Made by a program: the position numbers and the translations under genes. Shown in pieces: positions 1 to 12,051 of a stretch of DNA of 64,000 bases. This DNA comes from Azolla caroliniana. Taxonomy: Eukaryota; Plantae; Polypodiophyta. The stretch's first letter is position 1, and the number at the start of each line of letters is the position of its first letter. The notes beneath the pieces were generated by a model. That model was given only the letters and a program-made list of their open reading frames with translations. It was not told the DNA's origin and made no database searches. The stretch spans positions 17,546,001 through 17,610,000 of the forward strand of contig JBHGNT010000006.1 of NCBI GenBank assembly GCA_043228905.1. Direction: 5' to 3'.

Positions 1-1907
1 CGGTCAACCGATACAAGGCCCGGTTAGTGGCAAAAGGTTACGCCCAGAAACACGGCATCAACTACGATGAGACGTTTGCGTCGGTCGTGAAAATGAGGAC
101 CGTCTATGTTTTGCTCGCAGTAGCTGCGGTGAAGGGGTGGCACTTACATTAGATGGATGTAAAGAATGCGTTCCTGCAAGGTGACCTTGAGGAACAGGTG
201 TACATGGTACAACCCCCCGGATTTCACTCTGGAACGAACTGCTCGGCAGTATGCCGACTGAAGAAGTCCCTTTACGGACTAAAGCAAGCCTCGCGTGCCT
301 GGAACGCGAAGATCACGCAACAGCTGCGTCGGATGAGCTTCGTCATGTCAAAATCGGACTCTTCCCTGTTCATCCGGAAAGGTCCACTTGGACCGGTTAG
401 TATTTTACTATATGTTGATAACTTGGTCATCACCGGCGCCGACCTAGATGAAATCGACTATGTGAAGCTCCAGCTTGCGGCATCGTTCGACATGAAGGAT
501 CTGGGGGACCTTCATTACTTCCTCGGGATCGAAGTGATCCGTACCCCCAAAGGCCTATTGATCAGCCAACGTCATTACGTGCTGAGTATGCTCTTCAAAT
601 TCGGGATGGCCGACTATAAGTCCCTCTCGACTCCTCTGGACAGAACCATCAAGCTTCGTCCCGATACGGGAAAGGTATGCGACCCGACGAGGTTCTGACA
701 AATTGTCGGAAGCCTCATATACTTGACCATCACCCGACCCGACCTCAGTTATCCGGTCGGAGTGATCAGTCAGTTCATGGCGCGACCTACCGAGGAGCAC
801 CTCCAGTGTGCGCAACGTATACTTCGGTATGTCAACAACACTAAGGACCGGGGACTGCTATATTGGACCGGTGCAGCCGCGCAGTTAGTCGGCTACACCG
901 ATGCTGATTGGGCTGGCAATGCCGCCGATCTCGGATCCACGTCCGGATACGCGTTCTCCCTCGGGAGTGCCGCGATCGCGTGGAGCAATAAGAAGCAGCC
1001 GACAGTTGCACTGTCGAGCACCGAACCTGAGTACCGAGGAGCGTCTGTCGCGACATGCGAAGCCATATGGTTGAAGCGGCTACTTAGGGACCTGCAAGAA
1101 GAGGTGTCAGATCCGACGACGATCTACTACGACAACCTCAGCAGCGTCCAGCTCGCGAAAAACCCTGTTTTCCACGCACAGACCAAGCACATTGAGGTGC
1201 ATTACCATTTCGTCCGTGAGCGTGTCCTTTCCGGTGAAGTCGAACTTCAGTACGTTCCGACGGATCGGCAGACTGCCAACATCTTCACCAAGCCTCTTGG
1301 TTTGGACAAGTTGCGACAATTCTCAGGTGCGCTTGGGTTGCGTCACCTCGACGTGCCAAACATGAGGGGGAGAACAGTCCCGAACGACAAAGCAAGGCAG
1401 CAGAAAAGGAGTGGAGACCGCGACACCGAGTCGGTTGACTCGGTTGTTGAGTTTGACTTCGGATTGGCTGAAGAAGCCGAGGGCGGATCCCAGGAAAAGT
1501 CCAGAGGTGGACAGAAGGGGAGCAGCCGAAGGAAAGAGCCGAAGCCAACCACGCATGGGGAAGATGACACCATCGAGGGCGAGAAGACCGAAGACAAGTT
1601 GGAGACAGGCAACTCGAACGAGAGCGAAAACCGATCGGAGGTAGCCGAGTCGGTTCGGATGTTTGATTCAGGTACGCTGAATCAACTGAGGCCCAAGCGG
1701 AAGAAAAGGCAGCAAGAGAAGCGTCAGCACCGCAACAGCAGAAGAGCTGATAAGGGCCACATGAGCAGACAAGCCGACCGGAAGGGTCGAAGCGCGCGGA
1801 GTCGAACAGGTTGTGGAGCGCGAGCGAGGCTTGAAGCCAGGAGGAACCGGAGCTGTGAGCCCAAAGATCCCGAAGAGCCTCAAGTTGAGCTTGAGGGGGA
1901 GTGTTGA
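1..1907 (+). pseudogene. pol: Copia pol (RT-RNase H plus ~185-aa charged extension) with in-frame stops
   Basis: ORFs 153-698 and 723-1907 share a frame and are separated by TGA at 696-698 (CGA in copy E). Confidence 0.92.
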
Positions 1908-2356
1908 GAGACAAGCTCAACATTGGCCGGATCAGCTGAAGAAACCGAGGACCGGATCGGTTGGGACCGATCGGTTAGGCCGAATGCGTAAACCGGTACG
2001 CAAACCAGTGCGTAGGTAGAGCCAGATTGGTGCGTAAACCGGGAGGCCGTTAGGAAAGATATTCCGTGAGGAATATATTTGGGAGTTAGTGTAGGAGCTC
2101 TTAATGAGCATTGAAGTACTGTCAGTACTTCGGTCAGTCCTTCTAGGACTTGTATAAAAGTGTTCATTGAACACACATATGTATAGAGTGTGGTGAATAG
2201 AGACTTTGTACTGCTGTTGAATATAGTTCTTGTTTTTCCTCTCTCACTCTCTCTGTCTCTCCCGCGTATACTGCGTAAGCTCAAGCTCTCCATTAAACCT
2301 GAGTTTTCTTCCTTCTGTTCCTTCTTCATACTTGCTTCCGCACGTTACTTTTTACA
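1902..2356 (+). repeat. 3' LTR of Copia A (455 bp, TG..CA)
   Basis: Starts tgttgagagacaagctcaaca right after the PPT, ends tttaca; matches LTRs 50810-51212 and 56022-56424 apart from a ~50-bp insertion of tgcgtaaacc-like repeats. Confidence 0.95.
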
Positions 2357-4547
2357 ATTTTGTGCCAATTGATCATGGCATTGGATCTCTTGCAAAATAC
2401 ATCTAAACCACTTTCTAGCTTTTGTAGATTTTCCAAGTCCCCTTGTAGGTAGACTACGGTTTCATCTGCAAATTCTATCTCCAGGGGGCTTCAGTGAGAA
2501 TGCGGCACACGAAGACCACGTAGGTTTGGTTGTCGCAAGTTGAGAAAACTAGAGAGTGCTTTGGCGTATAAAAAAAAAAGGATGGAGCCAGTGGGCATCC
2601 CTGTCGTACAGACCGCGATAGTCAGAAAAACGGGCCCCTTTCATCTGCTAATGAAACACAACTACATGCATTCCTATAAAGTCCTGCAATGTCTTGGATC
2701 CATCACTCCTGAAAGCCGAGTTTCCCCATCACACTTTCTAGAAAGTTCCAGCATACCCTATCATATGGTTTCCCAAAATCTAGGAGCACCACAACTACCT
2801 TGTTGTTGGTACGCTTGGCAAGGGCTACTGCTTCCCAAAATGAGAAAAGGTTGTCTAGGATGCTCCGATTTCTAACGAAACCAATTTGGGACGGATGAAT
2901 GACTTGAGGGAGAAGTGATGTTAAGCAACATGCTGCGGTTTTTGTAAGCAAGTTATAGACAGTATTGAGAAGAGTTATGGGCCACCACTACTGATATCAT
3001 TGGCACTCCCACCACTTTTAGGAATGAGATGTATCATCCCCTATCCAAATTCCTCCGCCATGTTTCCAAAGGTGATGATCTCCTCATATGCTTGGAGGAG
3101 GTCGCAAAGGCACATGAAAAAGTGAGGACTGAGGCCATCGATTCCGGGGCAACTATCGGCATCCAAATCGGAGAGGGCCTCCCATATCTCGATATTTGAT
3201 AAGGGACGCATGAGCCATGTATTCATTTCCTTTGTGACTTTCTCCGGTATGCTCTGGAGGATAATATATTTTCATGTGTCTTCCCATGTGGCCATATTAT
3301 CTTCGGTAAGTTGTCACCTGTAGTAACTTGTGGCAATATTCCTCATTTTGTCGCCATCCTCAGTGGTCATTCCATCCTCTCGGTTGAGGCTACGCATCAT
3401 TGTTCTAGCGTGCCTCGGTCCCTTGGATTAGAAGAATTCCTTCATGGGTTTGTCTCCTACTCGAATCCATTGAGCCATGCTTCCATGAAACTCCATGTCA
3501 TAGATTTTCTTTTCCGCCATGATGAGTTCATGTTTGGCCATGAAAACCTATCCCGCGATCCAACTACATGTCGGATATCTTTGTGGGAGTCGTTGTAAGG
3601 CTATTAGTTCCCATTTTTTCCTCTACCGCTTTTCCTGAGCATCCTTGCATCTGGTCTTGACAATCTTGTGTAGTAGAGTTGAAGCTCTTGTTAATTTAGC
3701 TATAATTTTGTCAGATGCTAATGAGGCATTGACAGGTAATGACCCTTGGCTGGCAAGTTGTTCCTTCACCTCTGTGATTGTGTAGATAATGTGCGGGATT
3801 CGAGGTTGAAATGGGCCCCACTTTCGGTTTAATTGAAAGTGACCAATTACCGGGTAATGGTCGGAGAAATTCATGCCTGGAGGTATGTGACACCACCCTT
3901 CCTTCGGTTCTAGGGCCTCGCCTACATAAATTCATTCAATGTGAGATAGGGTGGGTCCACTATTTCGCCCATCTGATCGGGAGAATAAGAGTGAGTCCCT
4001 TTTTCGTTGGAAGTTGTCTGAGTGCCATAGATCTCTCAGATTAAGATGTAGACATAACTTCTCCCATTGTTTTCGTTCCCTTCCTTGTAGAACTATGAGC
4101 TTGTTGATAGAGCTATCATGAAGGGATTCGATCATATTAAAATCCCCTCCAATGTTGCCCTTTCTGTGCTGTTATTTGGAGCATAAACATTCATAAAACT
4201 CCAGCGTTGCCCTGGGATGGCCAACGTGCAAAAATGTGCCCTAACAGGTATAAGTGATTCTTGATGTATTAAGGCTTGGGCTAGATGTTCCCGAATTAAA
4301 GTGCAAATACCACCATGATTTCCATCCTCCCCTATTGTTGGCTCCCAAATTGTTCGCCATGATCATGGTAGAAGGTCTCTGACTTCCTTTGAACGAGTAC
4401 TATCAAGGTGGTGTTTGTGCAACATGATTATGTCAGCTACACCCCTAATATATATTCCTCAAAATCCCTTCTCAATTTCCATCTATTTTGTTGGTCTAGT
4501 CGACTCCTGAGCCCTTGGACGTTCCATGTTACAATTTTCATACTCAT
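2357..4547 (-). pseudogene. LINE ORF2 (AP endonuclease + RT), fragmented
   Basis: Starts MSMKIVTWNVQGL; SDHYPV endonuclease motif; CPGIDGL; SQIGFVRNRSILDN; LLDFGKPYDRV; QGCPL; FADE. Confidence 0.88.
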
Positions 4548-4549
4548 GG

Positions 4550-6289
4550 AATAAGGTGGGAGATTTCCAGTTGTCCTTGAGGCTTTGCACAACAGGTCGT
4601 GAATGGAGAGCACTTAGCATTTAGACATCCAGTCATTTTCACTGATGTGATGATGGTCCAAATCCATGAGTGGAGTTTGTGGGCTATCCGGTGAGCTTCA
4701 ATTGCTTCTCATAGAAATAGAAAACGCCTGGAGTTAGTTGGGTGTCTATAACAGTCCGCAGGTGGATGTGGTAGAGATGAGGATCATCTTCATCCATGGT
4801 GCACCAGAATTTAGTGTTATTCCAATGCTTCTTTAGTTCATTCATGAGGTCTTCATCTTTTATTTTTCTTATAGAACATGTTGCTTGGCTACATAGCGTA
4901 TCGTTAATCTTGGATTTGGACCAGTCTTCTTATACCAGTAGCAAGAGTGGAAAGGAGATTGAGGTCGTTGGTACTCCTTTATTGTGTATTGTCGATACAT
5001 GTACCCTTATTTTTTCCACTGTCTTATGCCCAATTCCTAGCCATTTCAAGGCGTTTTGTGGGTGTCGTTCAAGGTCCCGACTAGAGGTATGACACTCATT
5101 TGTGTGTAGGAAGACTATGATTTGATGCATGATATTCAAACTTCGGCCTTGATTTATTGCTTCTCCATTGGGTGTAGTTCAATGCAAGCTCCGCATTAAG
5201 GTCTTAACATGACTTATCCTTCGTCGCTTTCCTAATTTGTAAGATTTAACGAGAATTTTCTCCTGTGTGCTTGGTGTCACCTTAGGCCGTTCCTTTGGGC
5301 TTAAGAAAGAATGAGGGGATTGTTCATCCGCGGGGCGGAGCTCTTGCAGTAGATCAAATCGATTGGGGCTCAAAGGAGATGGAGGATTTTGTGCCTGTGG
5401 AGTTATGCGGAAGGCATGGGTTTTCCCCACCACTCGCCATTCCATGATAGCCTTATCAGGTCGTGGGGTGGGGGGGGGGGGGGGGCTTCTCATGGCCTAT
5501 GGTGCCATGACCTTGTCATGTCTCCTTGGTGGGATCTTTAGTGCCTCTCGTGGGGCAATTCTTTTTTAAATGATCAAATTTTTTGCATGCAAAACATTGC
5601 CCCGGTGCATCGATCACTTCTATGTGTTGTTCAATCTGCACTCCGTTTTTTCCAGGAATGAGGATCTTGGATGGAAGTTTGTTGATGTTCGGAACCAAAA
5701 GGCGTATAGAGAGAGGGATTAGTTGCTTCTTTAGCCTGTCCGCTAGCCTTAGGTCCTCGTCTAACATCATACCAAAGGATTTTCCAATAGTAGGAAGTAA
5801 CATGTTGTATTCTAAGTATAAACCAGGAAACAACATTGTTACCTTTTTCATGGAGTCATCATGTTGCGCAACCTTCTCTGGGTTAAAACCATGTGTCCAT
5901 TTACGCATGAACAACCATGTGTTTCAGATCTGGCATGGAGACATTGTTATGAGTTTCGCTAAGGCATCCTTGTCCTCTAGGACGATTTGATAAAAACCTT
6001 TACGAAGCAGTTGGACTTCCTTTATTCCACATACTTGTGCATAGTACTTGCGTTGCAACATATCTCGTAGTAAGCCTCTATTTGGGAGGGAGCCCACCAC
6101 GCAACATATGACCACTTTTCACGCAAGACGTTCTATCTCCTGCTCCAATAGTAACATTTCTTCGCTAGTGAAACTAATCTCAATAGGACTCTCGCTACCT
6201 GGGTTGTATTTATCTTGCATTTTCTCTTTATCAAACGAGGGGCCTGTGACAGGTGCGTGTTCAGTAGTGGCGATGCCCGGTGCTTCCAT
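4550..6289 (-). pseudogene. LINE ORF1 (DUF4283-like region + CCHC-type knuckle), fragmented
   Basis: Fragments 5924-6115 and 5516-5914 (MRKWTHGFNP...CFACKKFDHLKKNC) are typical of plant L1 ORF1. Confidence 0.75.
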
Positions 6290-6493
6290 GCTTGAGGCAA
6301 TCTTCTAATGTTTAAAAAGGCTTCTCTTGTATGTATATATATATATATATATATAAATGATTGGGGAAGGGAGGATAGTCGTATTTTTTTTAAATTTAAA
6401 TATATAACTTTTGAGTTTTTAATTTTACTTTATTTATTATTTATTATTTATATTATATTTATTTATTTATTTATTTCGGGGGGGGAGGGGGGG

Positions 6494-6618
6494 TTGCCCA
6501 CTCCTTGAACTTTGGGTTTGGAAAGGGGGGGGGGGGGCAGGCCCACTCTTTGAACTTTGGGTTTGGAGAGAGGGGGGCCCACTCTTTGAACGCACTCCTT
6601 GAACCCACTTCTCGAACT
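6494..6618. repeat. Short tandem array of CCACTCYTTGAAC-type units with poly-G spacers
   Basis: About five copies of (c)cactc(c/t)ttgaac; two longer units continue tttgggtttgga. Confidence 0.7.
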
Positions 6619-6669
6619 TTGTTGGGGTGTAACCCTAACGACTCTACACGGTGACTGAATCAGTTCTAC

Positions 6670-7190
6670 ATAATCAGTATTGAATCAATTGAACACCAAA
6701 GAATGCAATGTAATCAATAAAGTTAGTACTGAATAAACAAAAAAGGAAATTGAGGGAACAATACTAAACCACCTGGACACACATATCTATGTGTTAAAGA
6801 ACAATGTTAGTACTAAATAGCCAAAACCTTCATGCCTATTTGCTTTACACCCAGAGCCTAAGTCAACCGGAAACAAAACGTACAATGTAATGAACAATGT
6901 TAGTACTAATACAAGGTATAGAACAAAACATTTAAGATCATCAGTACTAAATAATCAGTACTAAATCAACTGAACACCAAGGAATACAATGTAATTAGTA
7001 ATGTTAGTACTGAATCAACAAAAAAGGAACTTGAGGGAACAATATTGAACCCCCTCAACACGTATATCTAGGTGGTAATGAACAATGTTAGTACTAAACA
7101 TTCAGGACCTTCACACCTATTTGCTCTACATCCGGAGCCTAAGTCAACTGGACACAAAACGTACAATGTAATGAACAATGATAGTACTAA
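6670..7190. repeat. Diverged tandem duplication (~280-bp period) rich in AGTACT palindromes
   Basis: 6670-6910 aligns with 6953-7190 (e.g. gagcctaagtcaac, acaaaacgtacaatgtaatgaacaatg). Confidence 0.8.
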
Positions 7191-7871
7191 ATGTTGAAAA
7201 TGTAGGAGGTAGTACTAACCAACCTAAATATACAATGATACTAGTACTAAAGGAGCTATACACCTAATTCCAGAATAAAATGGGTATTGTGCTAGGTTGG
7301 GCCAACATTTAATATACAATCGATTCTAGTACTAAACCAACTATAAACCTAATTGCACATAAATTTTGATGCATGCATATGCATTTTTGGTGCAACACCA
7401 GAACCAGATGTAAAATTATGGAATCATAGTGTACAAATTACATAATAGCTTAATCACATACCATAGGAGTGAACTTTCAAACCCCAAGCTAAGTACCATT
7501 TGAGTCCAACTATACTTTTACAGTCCAAGAATATGTTTTCTTTCTCAAAATGGTACTTAGCACATAACAAATGATATGTGTGCAAGCATGGTGTAATGAT
7601 AACATCCATAGCCTCAAGCTTGAGTCCAAGGCCACAGAATACACACCTTCAATAACGAGACACAACATACAATACATTAGCAGTGATGATATTTTATACC
7701 ATGGAAGGTCAAAAAGGAAAAATATAAACCATTACCGAGATATGGTAATATACCTGTAAAGGTACTTTCCATGCAAGTGGGGTGCTCAACTACATATGGA
7801 CACAAAGTATCTAAACCTTTCACTTTTAGACCCTAAATTTATCAAACATGCAAGGTTCTCATAATGTAGCT

Positions 7872-8846
7872 TTAAGGCTGACAACATTGAGAAGACCTCC
7901 ATGTCTCAAGATCGATCTTATGTGCGCATAGTTGAGTACCCATATTTGTCAACTCCTTCAACTCCTCTTTCAACACATGGCTTTCAGAATTTTGGATTGT
8001 TGATGCAATCCATTTGTATGTAGTCCATAGAGATGAGAATTGCTTCTTTGCCAACTTCTCACATGATGTAACTCCTTCCAAGTTGGCAAGCAATGTTTGC
8101 ATGGCAGTTATGCAATGCAACAATCGCTCTTCATGCTTTTCTATTAGTGTGGCTCTTTGTTTTGCACTCTGTTCATTCAACACAGGTGTCCTAGATGGGA
8201 TTTCAATATGAGAGGTACCCTCAGACTTCATAGTACTGTTGGTACTGGAGGACCCTATGTAATGTGATAATCGATGATGAACAAAATCTTCCCAATCAAC
8301 GTCAATGCCGCTATGAAGTTTACATGCAAATGCACATGCAAATACAGTTCCTACCTCATCGTTTAGGACATGTTTTGTATCATAAACTTGTTCATATTGT
8401 GACTTCACCTCAGTGATATACTCCTTCTTCAAGCAGTTGATGTGGAAACCTCTCCTTGTATCAGGTTTTGATGAGCCCCAAGTTTCCATCATCCACATGT
8501 CTACGTCTTCATAAGTGTTAGGTCGTGCACGAAGGAAATAACCCCATCCTAATTTTATACCTCGAAGTATGGTTGTGTACATCTTCTTGCCCTGAGTTGT
8601 TGAAATCTCCGACCCCTCTCTGGTGGGGATCAACATACTTTCTTTGATGGGGGTTCTTTTTCTTTCCTTGCATGGTGTCTTGACTTTTTCTTTAACCATT
8701 GTCTTCCTCGTGGGTGTATTCTTTGTCATTTTTGTCCTGTCTCTCTTTTTCGGCACAAATGCAAGTTGGCACAACAACAACAATAGCAGAAAATAGTAAA
8801 TCAGGCACAATAGCACAACAACCCTAGAGAAGAACAATAAGAACAA
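7872..8846 (-). CDS. Orphan ORF (~285 aa from ATG at 8729); basic N-terminus, helical C-terminus; possibly TE-associated
   Basis: Stop-free 324-codon frame in AT-rich DNA; no recognisable family motif; may be one exon of a larger gene. Confidence 0.45.
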   Translation of the reverse strand: MFLLFFSRVVVLLCLIYYFLLLLLLCQLAFVPKKRDRTKMTKNTPTRKTMVKEKVKTPCKERKRTPIKESMLIPTREGSEISTTQGKKMYTTILRGIKLGWGYFLRARPNTYEDVDMWMMETWGSSKPDTRRGFHINCLKKEYITEVKSQYEQVYDTKHVLNDEVGTVFACAFACKLHSGIDVDWEDFVHHRLSHYIGSSSTNSTMKSEGTSHIEIPSRTPVLNEQSAKQRATLIEKHEERLLHCITAMQTLLANLEGVTSCEKLAKKQFSSLWTTYKWIASTIQNSESHVLKEELKELTNMGTQLCAHKIDLETWRSSQCCQP

Positions 8847-9641
8847 TAACTAGACGTGACAACCGTAAACATCTTAGCAAAAACATGTTGTGAACAGAAG
8901 ACAGAACAACAACGTATGTGAACCTGTACAAGATTCAAGCATGTACAAGACTCTCTTGAAAGTGAACATATGAGAAAAACACAAACATCAAAAACAAATA
9001 AAACAATAACATTTAACTTCATCCACAAGAACAACACACCCTCTTTCTATATGTCAACATTTACAAAACTCAAGCAAATGTAGAACATGAAACATAATCT
9101 TAACTCCCGATAAAAAACATATACATGTCATCATAATAGTACTAAATCATGTAGAAAAACATGTACAATAAGAATGACAAGAACAACAAAAAGGACAACA
9201 ATAGATAGACAAAAACAAGTACAAGAACAAGATCATTTAACACAATTGACAAGAACATTGCATTGTACAATCATGCCCTCTTTCAATATGTCAACATGTA
9301 CAAAATTCACATGACATATACATATACAAGACTCTCAAATTCAAGCATATGCTTGTACAAGGCTCTCAAATGATCAGGGGAGAACAACACAAACAACAAA
9401 AACAAAAACAAAAACAACAACAACAGATAGAATCAAACATGTAGCAGAACACGAAGGTAAGCTTAGACTAGGGTAAACAACAAGTGTACTATTGTTGAAG
9501 AGAGGACACGATGAGTAGAGAATGATTGGAGTTTGCAAAGGGGTCACAACAAGCAGAGTGAGTAGAGAACGTGGAGAAACCTCTACCAAGCTAAAGGTGG
9601 AAGAGAGAGAGATAGAGAGAGTCCAAATGTTTCGTGAGGGA

Positions 9642-9654
9642 AGAGAGAGAGAGA

Positions 9655-9698
<44 letters not shown>
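9642..9698. repeat. (GA)n/(GT)n compound microsatellite
   Basis: Seen directly. Confidence 0.85.
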
Positions 9699-9701
<3 letters not shown>

Positions 9702-10248
9702 TGACTGACTAATTGAATGATTGACTGACGGGTCAAGATCTTGTAAAGTTAAGAACTTGTACAACATTACCTAGGATTGTGAACTGACTACCTCGAATGA
9801 AATTGACTACAACAGGGACACTTGGACACAAACATAACAGTGGAAGGATGTGCAATGTTTTTTCATATTTGAAATCCATAACTCATTGAATGCGACTTTT
9901 AATTTTAATACAAGTGATGATCAACTTTTTAGACCCAAATATTGGATTATTTTCAAATTTTTAAGTTTTTCCTACTCATCTAATTAGTACTAAAACTTTG
10001 GCCAAAAGTTGGTACTCCTAGCTTGCTTTAACCCTAGACCCCCCCATTCTTTCTCTTGTAACTTATTTAATAATAGAGTTACACCTTGTTTGCCTCTCTG
10101 TCTCATTTTCTCTCTATTGCTAATCTTGTTAAGTTGTCTCATACATTAATCTTGTATGTCTATCAATATGTTGTTCATCATACTATAGTGTTGTTCTTGT
10201 TTCCATTGATGCACTTATCTTCAACAAGGTGTAGTGGTTCTACTCTAT

Positions 10249-10619
10249 TGTTGAGTGACCAATCTCAACATGATCCGGATCGATTGAATAGCCAAGAGTT
10301 GGATCAGTGTCCGGGATGGAATGTAACCAATAGGCCATTAGAGGCCTACGATCCTAACCTAGTACGTAGGAATATCTTTTAGAGTTAGTGTTAGTCGCTC
10401 AGTACGAGCATTGAAGTACATGTTAGTACTTTTTTCAATCCTTTTCAGGACTTGTATGAAAGTGCTCACAAAGCACTTTGTATGTGTAGAGTGTTCATTA
10501 TTTGAAATTGAGGTTTTGTTGTCTACTCCTACTTTGTGTATTCCACTCTTTGTGTTTCTGTTGCAATCCGGCTGAACCGGTAGAGATCTGTGTTTAGATT
10601 CTGCATTATTTCATTTACA
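10249..10619 (+). repeat. 5' LTR of Copia B
   Basis: tgttgag...tttaca followed by a tRNA-Met-type PBS; similar to 19670-19766. Confidence 0.85.
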
Positions 10620-11391
10620 TGGTATGAGACTGCGAGGGTTAGAATATCCTCTACTGCCGATCTCAACACAAGCGAACCCTAACTTTCAGACAAGGTAAGA
10701 TGAAAACGAGAAATGGACATAGGCATGGGAAGCTCGCTTGGGACTCAGAAGCTCAATAAGAGCAACTACGCATCTTGGTCATACAAGATGCACCAATATC
10801 TGTTGGGATATCGATATTGGAGTTATGTTGAAGGAGCAAATGATGTAGCACTAGATTCGACACACAGGAATTTCCAGCTTGGGAACAATCGGCAAGCAGA
10901 GTTCTCTACTGCTTCACATACAGTGTTGGTGAGCACCTGCTCAGCTACATCCGGGACACAAAGATGCCTAAGGAGGCTTGGGGAAATCTAAAGAAGATTT
11001 TCGCTGCAAGCACCACAACTAGAAAGCTTCAGCTCAGGCAGGAGCTCAACAATGTTCGATAAAGAGACATGTCGGTGGCTGACTACACCTCCCTGATCAA
11101 GGACATCTGCGACTCTCTCGCCTCCACCAACGTGACCTTTAAAGAGGAAAAAATGGTGCAGGTCTGTCTTGGAGTATTGGCGCAAAAGTTCGGACAATAC
11201 GTCGTCATTCTTTGAGTTGCAATCGATGCTTCTGGTTCAAGAGAACCACGCGTGTGCATCGACAAATATGCACACCAACAACAAGATGTTGCACACGAAG
11301 GAAGATAGAGGTGGCCCACAGGAGCAAAACAGAAGGCATAATCGAAATGCCGACAACAATTCCAGACCCTCCAGAAACAGGGGGAGTCAAG

Positions 11392-12021
11392 TCTTGGGAG
11401 ATAGGTCCCTCCGGATGGGAAGGGAGAAGAACAGTGCCGACGAACAAACTCGGCCGAGGCCGACAGGCCTCGGCCGAACCGGTATGAACCGGATGGGGAG
11501 TACCCGACTGCGGAGAGCCGGATGGTGTAGGCCCGGTATGAACCGGAGGAAGAGACATATTCGTAAATATGTTTCTGAGAGCCCATCGAGGCTACATTTG
11601 TAAATAGCCGAAAAGTCATATTAGTATAAATATGACTTAGGGCAAACTTTTAGTGTGTGTCGTTTTGTTGTTGTCATTCTTCCTTGTTGGTGCAAGAAGG
11701 AGAGAGAGAGCGTAACTGTACAGAGAGAGAGAGAGAGAGAGAGACGAGGTCGTTGCCTCTGTTGTAACCGCCGCCTGTGGCGAAGATCTGAGAGCACGAG
11801 GTCATTGCCTCAGTGAACTCACTGTTGTATATTCCTACATAGTGACAGTTTGCAGCCTGTGGGCTGCCGTGGTTTTTTACCCTATTTTGGGGTTTTCCAC
11901 GTAAACCTCCTGTGTACCATTTCTCTCCTTTGTGTCCAATCTCATCACCTGTTTTTCTGTGTATGAAAAGAATCTCGGTTGTGGCCGAGCGTCGGACATA
12001 AGGAACGTCAAGTTCTCGACA
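11392..12021 (+). repeat. 5' LTR of Copia C (starts TC, mutated from TG)
   Basis: Direct repeat of 16109-16724; contains a (GA)n tract. Confidence 0.95.
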
Positions 12022-12051
12022 AGTGGTATCAGAGCGAAATCAACACAGAAA

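Larger units (their letters stand above)
1..2356 (+). mobile_element. Ty1/Copia element A, 3' part (RT, RNase H, C-terminal extension, PPT, 3' LTR); 5' part outside window
   Basis: RT motifs [25 protein letters not shown]; RNase [19 protein letters not shown]; PPT tgagggggag 1892-1901; closely similar to element E (50810-56424). Its right end abuts LINE ORF2. Confidence 0.96.
2357..6300 (-). mobile_element. Decayed L1-clade non-LTR retrotransposon (LINE), interrupted on the left by Copia A
   Basis: ORF1 and ORF2 remnants on the minus strand with LINE-typical motifs. Confidence 0.88.

Noticed and set aside
6494-7340. CRISPR-like repeat/spacer array
   Set aside because: Eukaryotic TE context, irregular spacing, degenerate repeats and no cas genes.
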